Below, in pieces: positions 36,095-47,094 of a stretch of DNA of 64,000 bases. Position numbers and translations under genes: made by a program. Below the pieces are notes generated by a model, which worked only from the letters and a program-made list of their open reading frames with translations, had not been told where the DNA came from and made no database searches. The DNA is from Oculina patagonica. Its lineage: Eukaryota. The stretch spans positions 41,912,001 through 41,976,000 of the forward strand of contig NC_135758.1 of NCBI RefSeq assembly GCF_052425735.1, read 5' to 3'. Every line of letters begins with the position of its first letter. Position 1 is the first letter of the stretch.

Positions 36095-38664
36095 TTTTTA
36101 AAAAAACTATTTTGCACTCCAAGAACACTTATTGAACACTTATTGTAACAATTGAGTGCTACGCAGCAAAACTCTTTTTATGGTTCCATTAATGTTACGG
36201 TTGTAAAAATAAGTTCGTTCAATGAATATGATAACAAAAGCGGGCTACTTTTTTGCAGTTATACCGGCCCCTCAGGCTACCATTAGACAAAAGGCCAAAA
36301 CAACAAACACTCAAATATCAATGCTAAAATATTGTACTTAAATCCATGTACCTTAATTAGAAGAACTTGGTAGTTTAAAAAACATTACGCGATTTCTGTG
36401 CGTGAAGAAAACATACAAAGGTGTATCATGCCTGATAAGATTTATGTTTTAGTATTGGTTACGTTTAAAAGTAATATATTATATCTATTCGAGATTGTAA
36501 GATCGAATATTTTCATTAAACTTATCTAATGTCTTAAGCTGATAACACTTTCCTTTTTCAGCATTTGTAATTATAACGAAGTCGAGCTTGTAATGTATAT
36601 ATTTAGCGGATACTCTCTGCAATTTAACGGAATTGAAAGCAGTTTAGATCCCGAAATAAGTTGCACTCTAAGCATATAAGGGGGCACTGGCCCATTGTTT
36701 GAGGTTAAAATAAAAGGTAGTTTCCTCTTTAGGTTATTTTAATATGGACATATTAGGCAATAGACGGCAAGATTGTGGCTCAAACGTTTCTTAGCTAACA
36801 ATTTTTCTTATATAAAAAACATTGGTTGATAAAGTTCCCGTCATTAATCAACACTTTGTCAGCGTCGTTCGCTGATTTTTTGTTTTATTAGACCTTTTTT
36901 ATGTTTTTTTTTTTTAACTGAGATTGGTTTAACTAGTTGATTAACAAAGCGCTAGAAATTAAAGCGCAAAGCATCTGGGGTCACATTTTTGAGAGGAGTT
37001 GCTGTAACATAACTATTTACTATAGCTTTCCGTTAAATGTGTACTCAGTTTAATTTATCTTTATTAAAAAATATAGTAAGAAAATATAATAAGAAATATA
37101 GAAATAATAAGTGCAAGGCATATGGGACTCATTTTTGCGAGGAGTTGCTGTAACATAACTATTTACTATAACTTTATGTTAAATGAGTATTCAGTCTATT
37201 TTATCTTTATTAAAAAAATATAGTAAGAAACATAATAAGAAATATAGTACACAAAATTTATTAATTCAACGTTGTATCGAACTCTGCTTTTAAATTCATT
37301 ATTCTGTATGTTAAACTGATTAGATCACTATTGATCCAACGTATACCGGTAGGATTATCGTCGATGGTTGCTTGCTTGAACATTTATTATAAATCTTTAT
37401 TATTTATGTAGCTATATAGTATATGGCGCATTGAATGGGAAAAAATCTGCCCAAGTATAAAGCGCGCACATACAAGTTTGTAGGAAAGTTTTTTTGTTCA
37501 ATAATCCACATTTTGCAGAATGAAGGCATATTTCTCGACGAAGTGAGAGCTGCTATTAACAAAGCGAAGAATTAAAAAAAAAGCTAGTTGTAGTCTGTTA
37601 AGTTATAAGATACGAGACCCGTAGATTGAAATAGTTATCAACATTTTCTCTTCCCTTTTTTTGTGCTCTCGTTACTTCCTTAAGGCCGTCCCCTTTTTTA
37701 AATCTGTTTACCGTCGTCCAACCGACCCAAATTTTGGGGTTTTCCAAAAAAAAAAAACTGTTTTTTTTTTTTTAGTTTTTCTTTTTTTTCTTTAGTTTTC
37801 TTAGTTTTTTAGTTCTCCTGGCGGGGGCAACTGCCCCCTCGCCCCCCCCCCCCCCCCCGCTAGGTACGGGCCTGGCTATTCCAGCGATTGCTGCGTAGAT
37901 GTTCGCAGATCGCAAAGAGTTTTGGTGGTTCATCTGCTTTCGCTTTCCTCGGCTGAGTTTAACCACTACATCGCTCTTTTCTTTCTCCATTGCCGCCATG
38001 TTGATTTTGTGACCAACTTTGGTTGTTTCCAGGCTCTCAGTTCAGCTTGCTCTTGATTTTTTTTTTAAATTTTTTTTTTATCCGACTGACCTACCGACCC
38101 AAAATTAGGAAACGCATTTGACGGTAAACGAAGAAAANNNNNNNNNNNNNNNNNNNNNNNNNNNNNNNNNNNNNNNNNNNNNNNNNNNNNNNNNNNNNNN
38201 NNNNNNNNNNNNNNNNNNNNNNNNNNNNNNNNNNNNNNNNNNNNNNNNNNNNNNNNNNNNNNNNNNNNNNNNNNNNNNNNNNNNNNNNNNNNNNGTAAAA
38301 CTTGACGGTTATTTCAGAATACTTTAAGATGAGCCTGCGGCAAGCGCTCGTGTTTTAAGCTCAAATTCCCGTCGTGGTTTATCAATGTATCGCTGTTTTT
38401 TTGTTTTTTTTTTTCATTTGTTTAATAAAGCAAAATCGGTCTATATTTAACAAATAAGGAACTCAAACCTGTTTGTTAAAGGTTACTGTACTTTCATTAA
38501 ACAGGACGGACGGGAATTTGAGAACACGAGAAAAAAATTGAAATTTGTATAATTTTATCACCTTTGCAACAGCTCGGTCATCAAGTGTCGCGCGAAGGCT
38601 GGCGCTAGGTGACTTCAAGATGGCGGACAGCTAAGAAATCTTTAATAGCTAAATTTTTACCGCA

Positions 38665-41600
38665 ATGTTTCTCTTCTCAATTTTTACCCATCAAAGGAAG
38701 ATACCAATTTCTTTCTTAGGCCGCATAAGGTGTTTACAGGTATTTATTTTCTTGCATTTATTTTTGAAGTTGGTATTTTTAATCTTGCTTCAGAACGAAG
38801 CTGTACGTACACTGCACTTGTTCGAAATTCATTCTGTAGTTTATTTACCATCGTTTTTTTTTTCATTCAGTTCTTGTCTTATTGTTTGCATTTTCACGGG
38901 TTGTTCGTGTAAAAAGGTTTTTCATTCACACAAACGGCGATAGTTTACTAACACAGTTTAATAATTAATGGGAATAATATACAGAGGCGGCCCAGAAAGA
39001 TGTGATCCGTGACAATAATTATGTAATATGAATGGTTCGTAAATCGCTCTGAATTCAACTTGTAGTAAAGGATTCAAATAAAAGTTGGAGCAATTGCAGA
39101 ATACCCCGCATCTCTAGCTACACGGTGCAGCTGGCTTGGTCTACGCGTCTGCACCGTCGAAATTTATTCCAAGTCCTGGAAGTTTACTCGAGAAGTGGCT
39201 ACGCGTCTACGCGTCTACACCGTCGAAATTTATTCCAAGTCCTGGTAGTTTATTCGAGAAGTAGCTACGCGTCTACGCGTCTACACCGTCGAAATTTATT
39301 CCAACTCCTGGAAGTTTACTCGAGAAGTGGCTACGCGTCTACGCGTCTACACCGTCGAAATTTATTCCAAGTTCTGGAAGTTTACTCGAGAAGTGGCTAC
39401 GCGTCTACGCGTCTACACCGTCGAAATTTATTCCAAGTCCTGGTAGTTTATTCGAGAAGTAGCTACGCGTCTACGCGTCTACACCGTCGAAATTTATTCC
39501 AACTCCTGGAAGTTTACTCGAGAAGTGGCTACTCGTCTACGCGTCTACACCGTTGAAATTTATTCCAAGTCCTGGAAGTTTCCTCGAGAAGTGGCCACGC
39601 GTCTACGCGTCTACATCGTCATAATTTAACCCTAAGGCTAACAATAAGACTAACCCTAACCCTAACCCTAAAGCTAACCCTAACACTAACCCTAACCCTA
39701 AGGCTAACCCTAACACTAAGGCTAAGTTTGGTGTTAGAAAATATATGCACTCTGGTTACTTAGCTGAATTTCTGTGGCGGTACATGCACAAGGATGAAGA
39801 TTTATTTGACGTTTTTCTTGGAGATATCAAGAAAATTTACAACCCAAATAAAATTTAAGAGCCTATCTTAAATTGAGCTGTGTTGATATTTGAATTAAAG
39901 TAAAACTTCCTTTATAAGTATTGTAAGTTTAATTTGTGTTTGTTCAACAACGAGTAGACGCGTAGCCATAAAAAAATCATTCTTCTCCAGTCCTTTCGCC
40001 ACGAACGCTACTTTTGTACCCAGTGCTCACTCCGACGGCGCAGCCATTTTTCGGTGGCTACGCAGAGAACCTTCAGTTGCGGGGTATTCTGCAATTTAGC
40101 CTAAAAGTTACTGACCTTACCCTGTACATGTGTTATTTGATGTCTCAGGTGGCTGACGGTTAAAACTTTCCCAGTTTGCTTTCAAGCAAGTGGATCACAA
40201 ACAATGTCTGGGCTGCCTGTGAATAATACCCCACCAAGTCATTGTACTTTATCTCAAGTCAGCTACCCCTCCCCCGTGCTCTAATGTCTTTTGCGCTGCT
40301 TCCTCTTACTTATGGTGGTAGATGTACTACAGAAAAGGATGGGGACAAGGAGGAGTGGGGAAGGGATGTGGTTCATTCTCGTCCCCATAGCCCTTTTCGT
40401 TTCTCTTAGCCGGCAGGACCTTGGCACGAGGAAACGAAGGGCTCTGGGGACACAGAGTTTCCTGTCCTAGATTCTAGGACTTCCGGCCTTCATGTATGCA
40501 GTCATGACGTTTCAAAAGAATGTATGAGAGAGTCGTTACGTTTTCGACTTCCGTTTAGGAATTCTTTGTTCCAAACAGCCAATCAAAAAAATTCGAATTA
40601 ATTCAAAAATCCAATGTCCCCAGAGCCCTTCGTTTTCTCGTGCCAATCCGGCTAAGAGAAACGAAAGGGCTATGGGGACGAGAATGGATGTGGTTTTGGT
40701 TGTGGTGGTTGTGGCTGGGGGGTTTTGAGGGGTGGTGCTGGGCTCCCTGGGTCCCATTCAGCTCAGGCTGTTTTCAAAAGATCAGTTTGTATAAGCACCC
40801 TGGGGAAGAAAAAGGAATTAATTCAAGGTACTGCTCTAACTTATCGGTGTGATCTTAGTATGCCTTTTGGTTCTAATTTTCAGTGTTTAAAGAAAGCAAG
40901 GCTTTCATCTTACACCAAGAAGAAAGAACCTGCCTGGAAAGATGTAACGCTCTATTATTATAATCGCCAGAAATTCTTTCGCCTTGTTGGCCTTGCTTGT
41001 GCTAGTCAGTTTATATTTTGGGCATGGATGGCCTATTTCCAGTTAAGCCGAATAAAATTAGCAGACTTGTTAAATCTTGAAAGCAAGAGGAGCCAGGGAA
41101 AGATTCTTGATGTCTCATCCAACCCTGGAGTCTCTTGGAAAATAGTCAGATTTGTGGAGGTCAGTTTTAGGCCCTGTCCACACCCAGGGTGCATTCCGTG
41201 TACACACCATGCCAGGCTTTTTTGTAGGTCTACGCCAAGGTCATTTATCATTCATACCTAAAAAAGTCATCTGTACGCCAGTTAAAAGGTGCTGACTAAG
41301 ATTGTACGCCAATACACCATGCAAGTTTGAAATCCACGCCAAAGATCTTTGGCTAAACCTACGTAGAATGCAGCCTGGGTCCACACTAATCTGGATTAAT
41401 TGTGAATATGCATAATTTTTCTCTGGTTTGACCAACCATCCGCACTAGTCCAGATAAATTGTCCACCAAAAGCTGACCTTTTTGAAAACGCTCTTCAAAG
41501 TGGGTATTGGAAAATGCATTAATTTTTATCTGTTTCTGACCAAAATAGATGCACTTTCAAATTTATCCGGACTAGTGTGGATGAAAATTATTTTATTAGG

Positions 41601-43980
41601 CATTGTCAAATTGCTCTGTTTACACATTGTAACACGTTGGTAACCACCGAATGAAAATAATTTGTTCTCTTTATGAAACCAGAAAGGTACTGAAAACTAT
41701 CACATCCTTTGTGATTAACAATGGCAAGTTTTTTTAAAGAAATCAAATTAACTGAACATTTGTTATTAAAATGCATTCCTCCTGTGCTAATAAATCCACA
41801 GGAGAGGCCTGTTATGCTGGCTTCTTTTGCTGTGGCAGTGGGATTATTTTTTACCACATCAGGATTCATCTATAGTCTCAGGTATGTGTAGGTTTAATCG
41901 ATTCACTTTTTGGGACGTTTTGGCAGATTTTTTGGGAAGCACTTAAGGTGGTGGCCTGACTTAAGGTCGCGCAGGACCCTTGCAATCATTAGTATGTATT
42001 TATTTAAAGAGTATGCACGAACTGCCGGACGACTGAAGCCGACAACAAACGAAATATTCATGAGAATGTTTGTTTTTAAACTCTTTTGTACAAGTAATTA
42101 CTAGTAATTGTTCTCAGCTTTGTGCCACGTGCGCTGGAACATAGGGAATTATCATAATTAGATTCACAGCTTTGAATATATCACACGTTGTTGTAAACAT
42201 TGACTCGGAAGATCTTTGGAAGCCTCAAAACCTGCAATTTTGTGTCCAAGTTTTCTCCGCCGATATAGAATTTCAAGAGTTGATTCGTGAGGAACATAAA
42301 CTTGGTGTACTCTATTGTGCTATGACTAGAGCGAATTTTTAAATTTCCTTCTGAAAATGAAGATAGCACGTTTCAAAGCTAAGATTTCACATTTTTGCTC
42401 TCTTAGAAGCCATTAACTTGTAGGAGTTTTTGAAATCGAAAATTTCGTTCTAGCCATAGCACAAAAGAGGTTAAGATTTATCACTAAGCTATATAATCAT
42501 TTAATTTGGTGCGCTGTTCTAGCTGAAAACTTGGACACAAAATCGCATTATCTGCAGTTAAACTTTTAAGGGCTTGTAACATCACAGACAACAGTCATCT
42601 CTCAGTAAAAGGACAATCATGATGTAATTCCATCATCCCTGAGTATCCTTATTAAATTTTAGAGGAATCGATGTTCAAAATGTAGTGAATTAAAGCTTTA
42701 CAAGATAGCACTCCGTCAAGAAATTTGGCTAATGAATTTATTAATGAGCAAGGGTCCCGCGCGACCTTAAGCTCAAAAAATATAACATACTAAGAAGTTC
42801 AACAATTTGAAAGATAACAGATTTACACACAGCCCCAAACTGCAAGAATTTGTTTCAGCTCATGCGATTTACACCAAATGCAAAAAGTAGACCCTTCTTA
42901 GCTTGGGTGAAGGCAGATCTAGGGGAGGTACCCAGGGTGCTTTCTCACCCCCTCCCATTTCGTAAAAGACACTAACATCAGAAGAGTTTGGAAGTCACAT
43001 TTTTTTAAGCAAGAAAAGTTACTGTCACATCATCATTTGGCTACCCCCCCCCCCCTCCTTGAGCAAATCTGGATTCAACACTGTATGATGGGTACAATGC
43101 AACTCAAGTAGAAGTTACTGGAAAACTTTTGGTGAAGTAATTTAGAAATCCAAGTTTAATGTGTTATAAGAAATTATCCCTTTTGATTGTAATGTGCCTT
43201 ATTTTTCTTTGATGGCATTTTAGGAGTGTTAATCGGCTGGTCCTGCAGGGAAATAATTTAAGGGTGGTGACACATACTCCACTAGGTGGAACACGGTCAG
43301 TGACTGTCCCGATCTCAGATGTGTCCTGTTTAGGTTCTAGATTGGGTATGTACATGTACTTACGATTTAACTTTTTGTGTTTTAGCTAATAATTATTTTG
43401 TAAATGACATTTTTTGCATTTTAAAACTGGAAATTAGGATGTTTCTGCTTTGCTTATACAAGAAGCTCCTTTATAAATGGAAAGTTATCTCTTAAATTTT
43501 ACACTTTTTGGGTTTAAAATTCAATATATTTTACTCTGCTAGATGTGGCACCTTACAGGGCAGTCACTGAGATGTATATGCAATTAGTGGGCAGAGAATT
43601 TAATTGCTAGGAAGTTCTTTTGATTCTATTTACATTGTTTTGCATGAAAGTAGCCGGGGGGTTATGCTCATAGTAGGTGGGGGAAATCCCTGGCCCCTGG
43701 CCTTAGTGACAACCCTGACCATTCCATCCTTTAAACTGATCAAACTTCGTAGTCTCGTGAAACCAAAATGAAACAACAGCAAATTAAGATAATTAAATTA
43801 TAAAAAAGAACTGAATAATGTTAAATAAATATACATTTTTTGTATGTTGTCTTTGAAGGTACAAAGCCTCAGATGTCACTGAAGTTGAAGGGACATCGTT
43901 TCTTTTTCCTTGTGGATAAAGAAGGAGAGTTCTTACAACCCACACTGTTTGACAAGACGGCTGGGGTAAAGAGATTCTAA
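38665..43980 (+). CDS. TMEM223: Transmembrane protein 223, 5 exons, about 224 aa, copy B
   Basis: Exons 38665-38739, 40884-41159, 41802-41881, 43224-43345, 43859-43980; GT-AG introns; 675 nt open to TAA. Confidence 0.9.
39140..39625. repeat. 66-bp tandem array (about 7.3 copies) with ABC-ABC-A higher-order pattern
   Basis: Unit CTACGCGTCTACACCGTCGAAATTTATTCCAAGTCCTGGAAGTTTACTCGAGAAGTGGCTACGCGT. Diagnostic variants recur every third unit. Confidence 0.9.
39627..39727. repeat. Degenerate (TAACCC)n telomere-like tract inside the Merlin element
   Basis: TAACCC, TAACAC and TAAGGC hexamers in phase. Confidence 0.85.
39724..39858 (+). pseudogene. C-terminal remnant of a Merlin/ISXO2-like transposase
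   Basis: KFGVRKYMHSGYLAEFLWRYMHKDEDLFDVFLGDIKKIYNPNKI*. YLxEFxWR is the conserved C-terminal motif of IS1595/Merlin transposases. Confidence 0.75.
40374..40686. mobile_element. 313-bp MITE with 9-bp TSD, right arm only
   Basis: TIR of about 40 bp (CATTCTCGTCCCCATAGCCCTTT...); TSD gatgtggtt; a second internal inverted copy of the TIR core near each end. Confidence 0.85.
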
Positions 43981-45640
43981 CAAGATGGCAGACAGGATAA
44001 TGTGACGAGAATGTATGTTGAAAAATTTGTTCTACAAATAGATGTTGTTGCTTGTTGAAAATTTTTACTAGTGGTCTCCATACATTTCTTATTGTTTTAG
44101 TTGGGAGAATTACTATTTATATTTAGTAGGGCTTCATAGGGGAAAATGGGAACTGGTGAACCCTAATATTACGTTATTTTGATAACTATGAATTTTCTCT
44201 TATAGGTTTATGTTAACTGGGAAATGCGTTGGTGACTACAGTGAAAGAGACATGCTTGTTACAGGGTGAGGGCCCCTTATTTGCCCCTGATGATACTTAC
44301 AGGAAGTGTCTGCAAGTGAGGTACCATGTGCAGTTGGCTGGTTCAAATGAGTACCTCTGTCGGTCTTTAAAAGGGGCGTGTCTGGCTGTGAGAGATGTCT
44401 GTTAATAGCAGAGGTTCAAGTTAATCCCACACTGGAGCCAACAGGGCAAGCAGGAAGGGTGTAAAGTGGTGGTCGGAATAGAATGGTGACAGGAAACAGA
44501 TTTATTCTCAACCCTTCCCAGTCACTCTAATCAAGAGAAAATTATTTGTTTTGTTTTTTTCTGGGAAAAGACTTGGGCCTCAACATTACTCAGGCTATGT
44601 TTTTCATTGTATACCCGGTAATAAAATTGGAAACTCTGGATGCATCAATCCAGTACTCAGGCAAAGATTTGCAAAAAATGGTGCTTGTTCTTATGTTGGT
44701 TATGACTGGCATGCAAAGGTACAGAGCAAAGCAAAATGTTCCTAAAATGGTTATTCAATATTTTATTAATACAAAATTAAAGCTCGTAAGATTTTACTTT
44801 GTACTTTCATTGTGAATGATACTCAACCATAGGGATGTGCTTTCTAATCTTTAATAAATTATTTATCATTACCCAAATTTAATAAAATTTGTTTCAGTCA
44901 TTTTGCAACCTGAAACTTGTTGTTTACTTGTGGAGAACCTTCTTGTACAGATCATTAAATAGATTTTCTCTGTTATATATATGACTGGATTTATGAAAAC
45001 CAGGTTAGTGAAATTTTCACTGTTGTTAACACAAATTAACGTAAGCGCGTTTTTTTCTCTCGCCAGAAACTATCTCCAAAGTAGACGATATAAAAACTAA
45101 AGTGAATGTCAGTCTTTTTTTCTCTCCTCCTCTCTCTTTTTTACCTTTCAGCGTTGTAGTTCATTTTCTTTTTCCTTTCTCGGCATGTGAAATTAATCTT
45201 TTCACATTGCAGTGTAATGTACTTGGTCAAAAACACTCAGGTCACCGGCTTTTCTTTGACCACGTTTTCATAAATCCAGTTATATATATATGTTATATAT
45301 ATTCTCTGTTCTCTGTTATTTTCTTTATATGACATGATGTGCATGACTTGATATGATACTAAAAAATTACCTCACATCTTCCAGTTAAATCTATAACCTT
45401 AACATTTCTTTCCTCAAGTAAAGACTTTGTAACAATTTAACATTAATTTGTCTGTTGCAATATTGGCATCTTGCATTGATCTGCTTTTGTAGCAGAGAAT
45501 GCCCATGGTCCAAAAATTAATAATTGCGTTCATATGCAACTCTGTTTCTATATCTTAGTACTAGAAAAATTAACCAAGTTTGTAATGTTTTAAATATTTA
45601 TCAGTATTGTGCTTATTATCTTGGCTTAAAGGGTCTGTGA

Positions 45641-46076
45641 CCCTGGGGGGGTTGGGGGGGGGGTACTCCCTAAAATGGCCTATATGGGGAGGCTCAGCCC
45701 GAAAGGGGTACCTTTCTCAGGCTTCAGATATATAAAAGGGTAGGGGGTTCACAAGTTGAGGTAAATGAAAGGGTAGGAAATTCTGTCATTAAGATATTTA
45801 AAAAAGCCTTTAAATTAAATATTTCAAACAGACGCAACTTATGGCTGTTTCGTGTTAATTTATTAAGCACTACATGAAAATGTCAAGAAAACGTCCTGTT
45901 TTAAGTATATGTCGTGTCGTGTAGGTATGTGAAAGGGGTACTTTTTTCAATAAAAGGTATACAAAAGGGGTGCCTTTTTTGTCAAAACGGTCTATAAAAG
46001 GGTAGTGGGTTGGACCTAGGGGTGGAGCCTCCCCGTATAAAACTTTTTTGAGTGCCCCCCACCCCCCCACCCCCGG
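45641..46076. mobile_element. CCC..GGG-terminal repeat element nested in a Kolobok-like TIR (truncated mirror at 3734-4030)
   Basis: Poly-G/poly-C ends and internal inverted GGGGAGGCTC motifs. It interrupts TTAAAGGGTCTGTG^..GACTGTGTCACGG. Confidence 0.55.
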
Positions 46077-46467
46077 GACTGTGTCACGGTTGATCGATCA
46101 TGAGTTAAGTTTATTTATTTAAAAGTTTTGCCAAATACTCACTATGAAACTTAATGGTTGCAAAGAAATTACTTCCATGGATCTAAATGACAAAACCATA
46201 GCTTCATTTGCATCCAAATGTGTCTCCCGGGAGTCATAATTTAAAGTTACAAGCAACAAGATTAAATTTGAAAACTGTTCAGCCCAACAATATTTCGAAA
46301 CCCCATTTCGCAATCCGTTTCAATCTTCGTCACGTTTGGCCACCCGTTACTTCTTTTGTATTTGCTGTGTTATTGAAATGTTTCTTTACTGTTTTAAGTG
46401 GTTATTTTTATATTTCACCGAAGTTGGTGGCCATTTCCCATGCCTAAATTTGGCTACAATCCGTGAC

Positions 46468-46967
46468 NNNNNNNNNNNNNNNNNNNNNNNNNNNNNNNNN
46501 NNNNNNNNNNNNNNNNNNNNNNNNNNNNNNNNNNNNNNNNNNNNNNNNNNNNNNNNNNNNNNNNNNNNNNNNNNNNNNNNNNNNNNNNNNNNNNNNNNNN
46601 NNNNNNNNNNNNNNNNNNNNNNNNNNNNNNNNNNNNNNNNNNNNNNNNNNNNNNNNNNNNNNNNNNNNNNNNNNNNNNNNNNNNNNNNNNNNNNNNNNNN
46701 NNNNNNNNNNNNNNNNNNNNNNNNNNNNNNNNNNNNNNNNNNNNNNNNNNNNNNNNNNNNNNNNNNNNNNNNNNNNNNNNNNNNNNNNNNNNNNNNNNNN
46801 NNNNNNNNNNNNNNNNNNNNNNNNNNNNNNNNNNNNNNNNNNNNNNNNNNNNNNNNNNNNNNNNNNNNNNNNNNNNNNNNNNNNNNNNNNNNNNNNNNNN
46901 NNNNNNNNNNNNNNNNNNNNNNNNNNNNNNNNNNNNNNNNNNNNNNNNNNNNNNNNNNNNNNNNNNN
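46468..46967. other. Fixed-size 500-N scaffold gap
   Basis: Exactly 500 N. It truncates both the right arm and the 3' end of the NHE gene. Confidence 0.95.
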
Positions 46968-47094
46968 AGAAAATTGAATACTACATTCATTCCTGTAAAC
47001 TGCGACAACCAACATTTTTGTTTTTGTTTTAAAGGAAGCTTTCTCAAGTAACGATACTGACTAACGAAAACTGTGAACTACACCAGCAGTATAC

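Larger units (their letters stand above)
35939..36181. mobile_element. Penelope-like retroelement fragment (inverted pseudo-LTR palindrome), right arm only
   Basis: Near-perfect palindrome of about 200 bp at 35937-36139 plus a 42-nt tail; 14-bp TSD GGTTCCATTAATGT; contains hammerhead cores. Confidence 0.75.
39087..40101 (+). mobile_element. Non-autonomous Merlin (IS1016/IS1595-related) transposon in TMEM223 intron 1, right arm only
   Basis: GG-initial TIR GGAGCAATTGCAGAATACCCCGCA / TGCGGGGTATTCTGCAATTTAGCC; 8-bp TSD TAAAAGTT; internal tandem repeats; transposase C-terminal remnant. Confidence 0.85.
29298..46467. repeat. Right arm of inverted duplication; probable uncollapsed alternative haplotype
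   Basis: Reverse complement of 3347-16915 plus private insertions. It fills almost all of the block between the two 500-N gaps. Confidence 0.9.

Noticed and set aside
39125-39625. CRISPR array, or a 143-aa repeat protein
   Set aside because: The units are contiguous 66-mers without unique spacers, there are no cas genes, and the context is eukaryotic. The ORF has no ATG and arises from a stop-free unit whose length is divisible by 3.
39627-39727. Chromosome end or fusion site
   Set aside because: The tract is short, degenerate and enclosed by the TIRs and TSD of a transposon.
44206-44520. Selenoprotein with in-frame TGA codons
   Set aside because: The frame also contains TAA stops and I could not identify a SECIS element.
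1672-47047. ORF-track entries full of X
   Set aside because: They are translations through N gaps.
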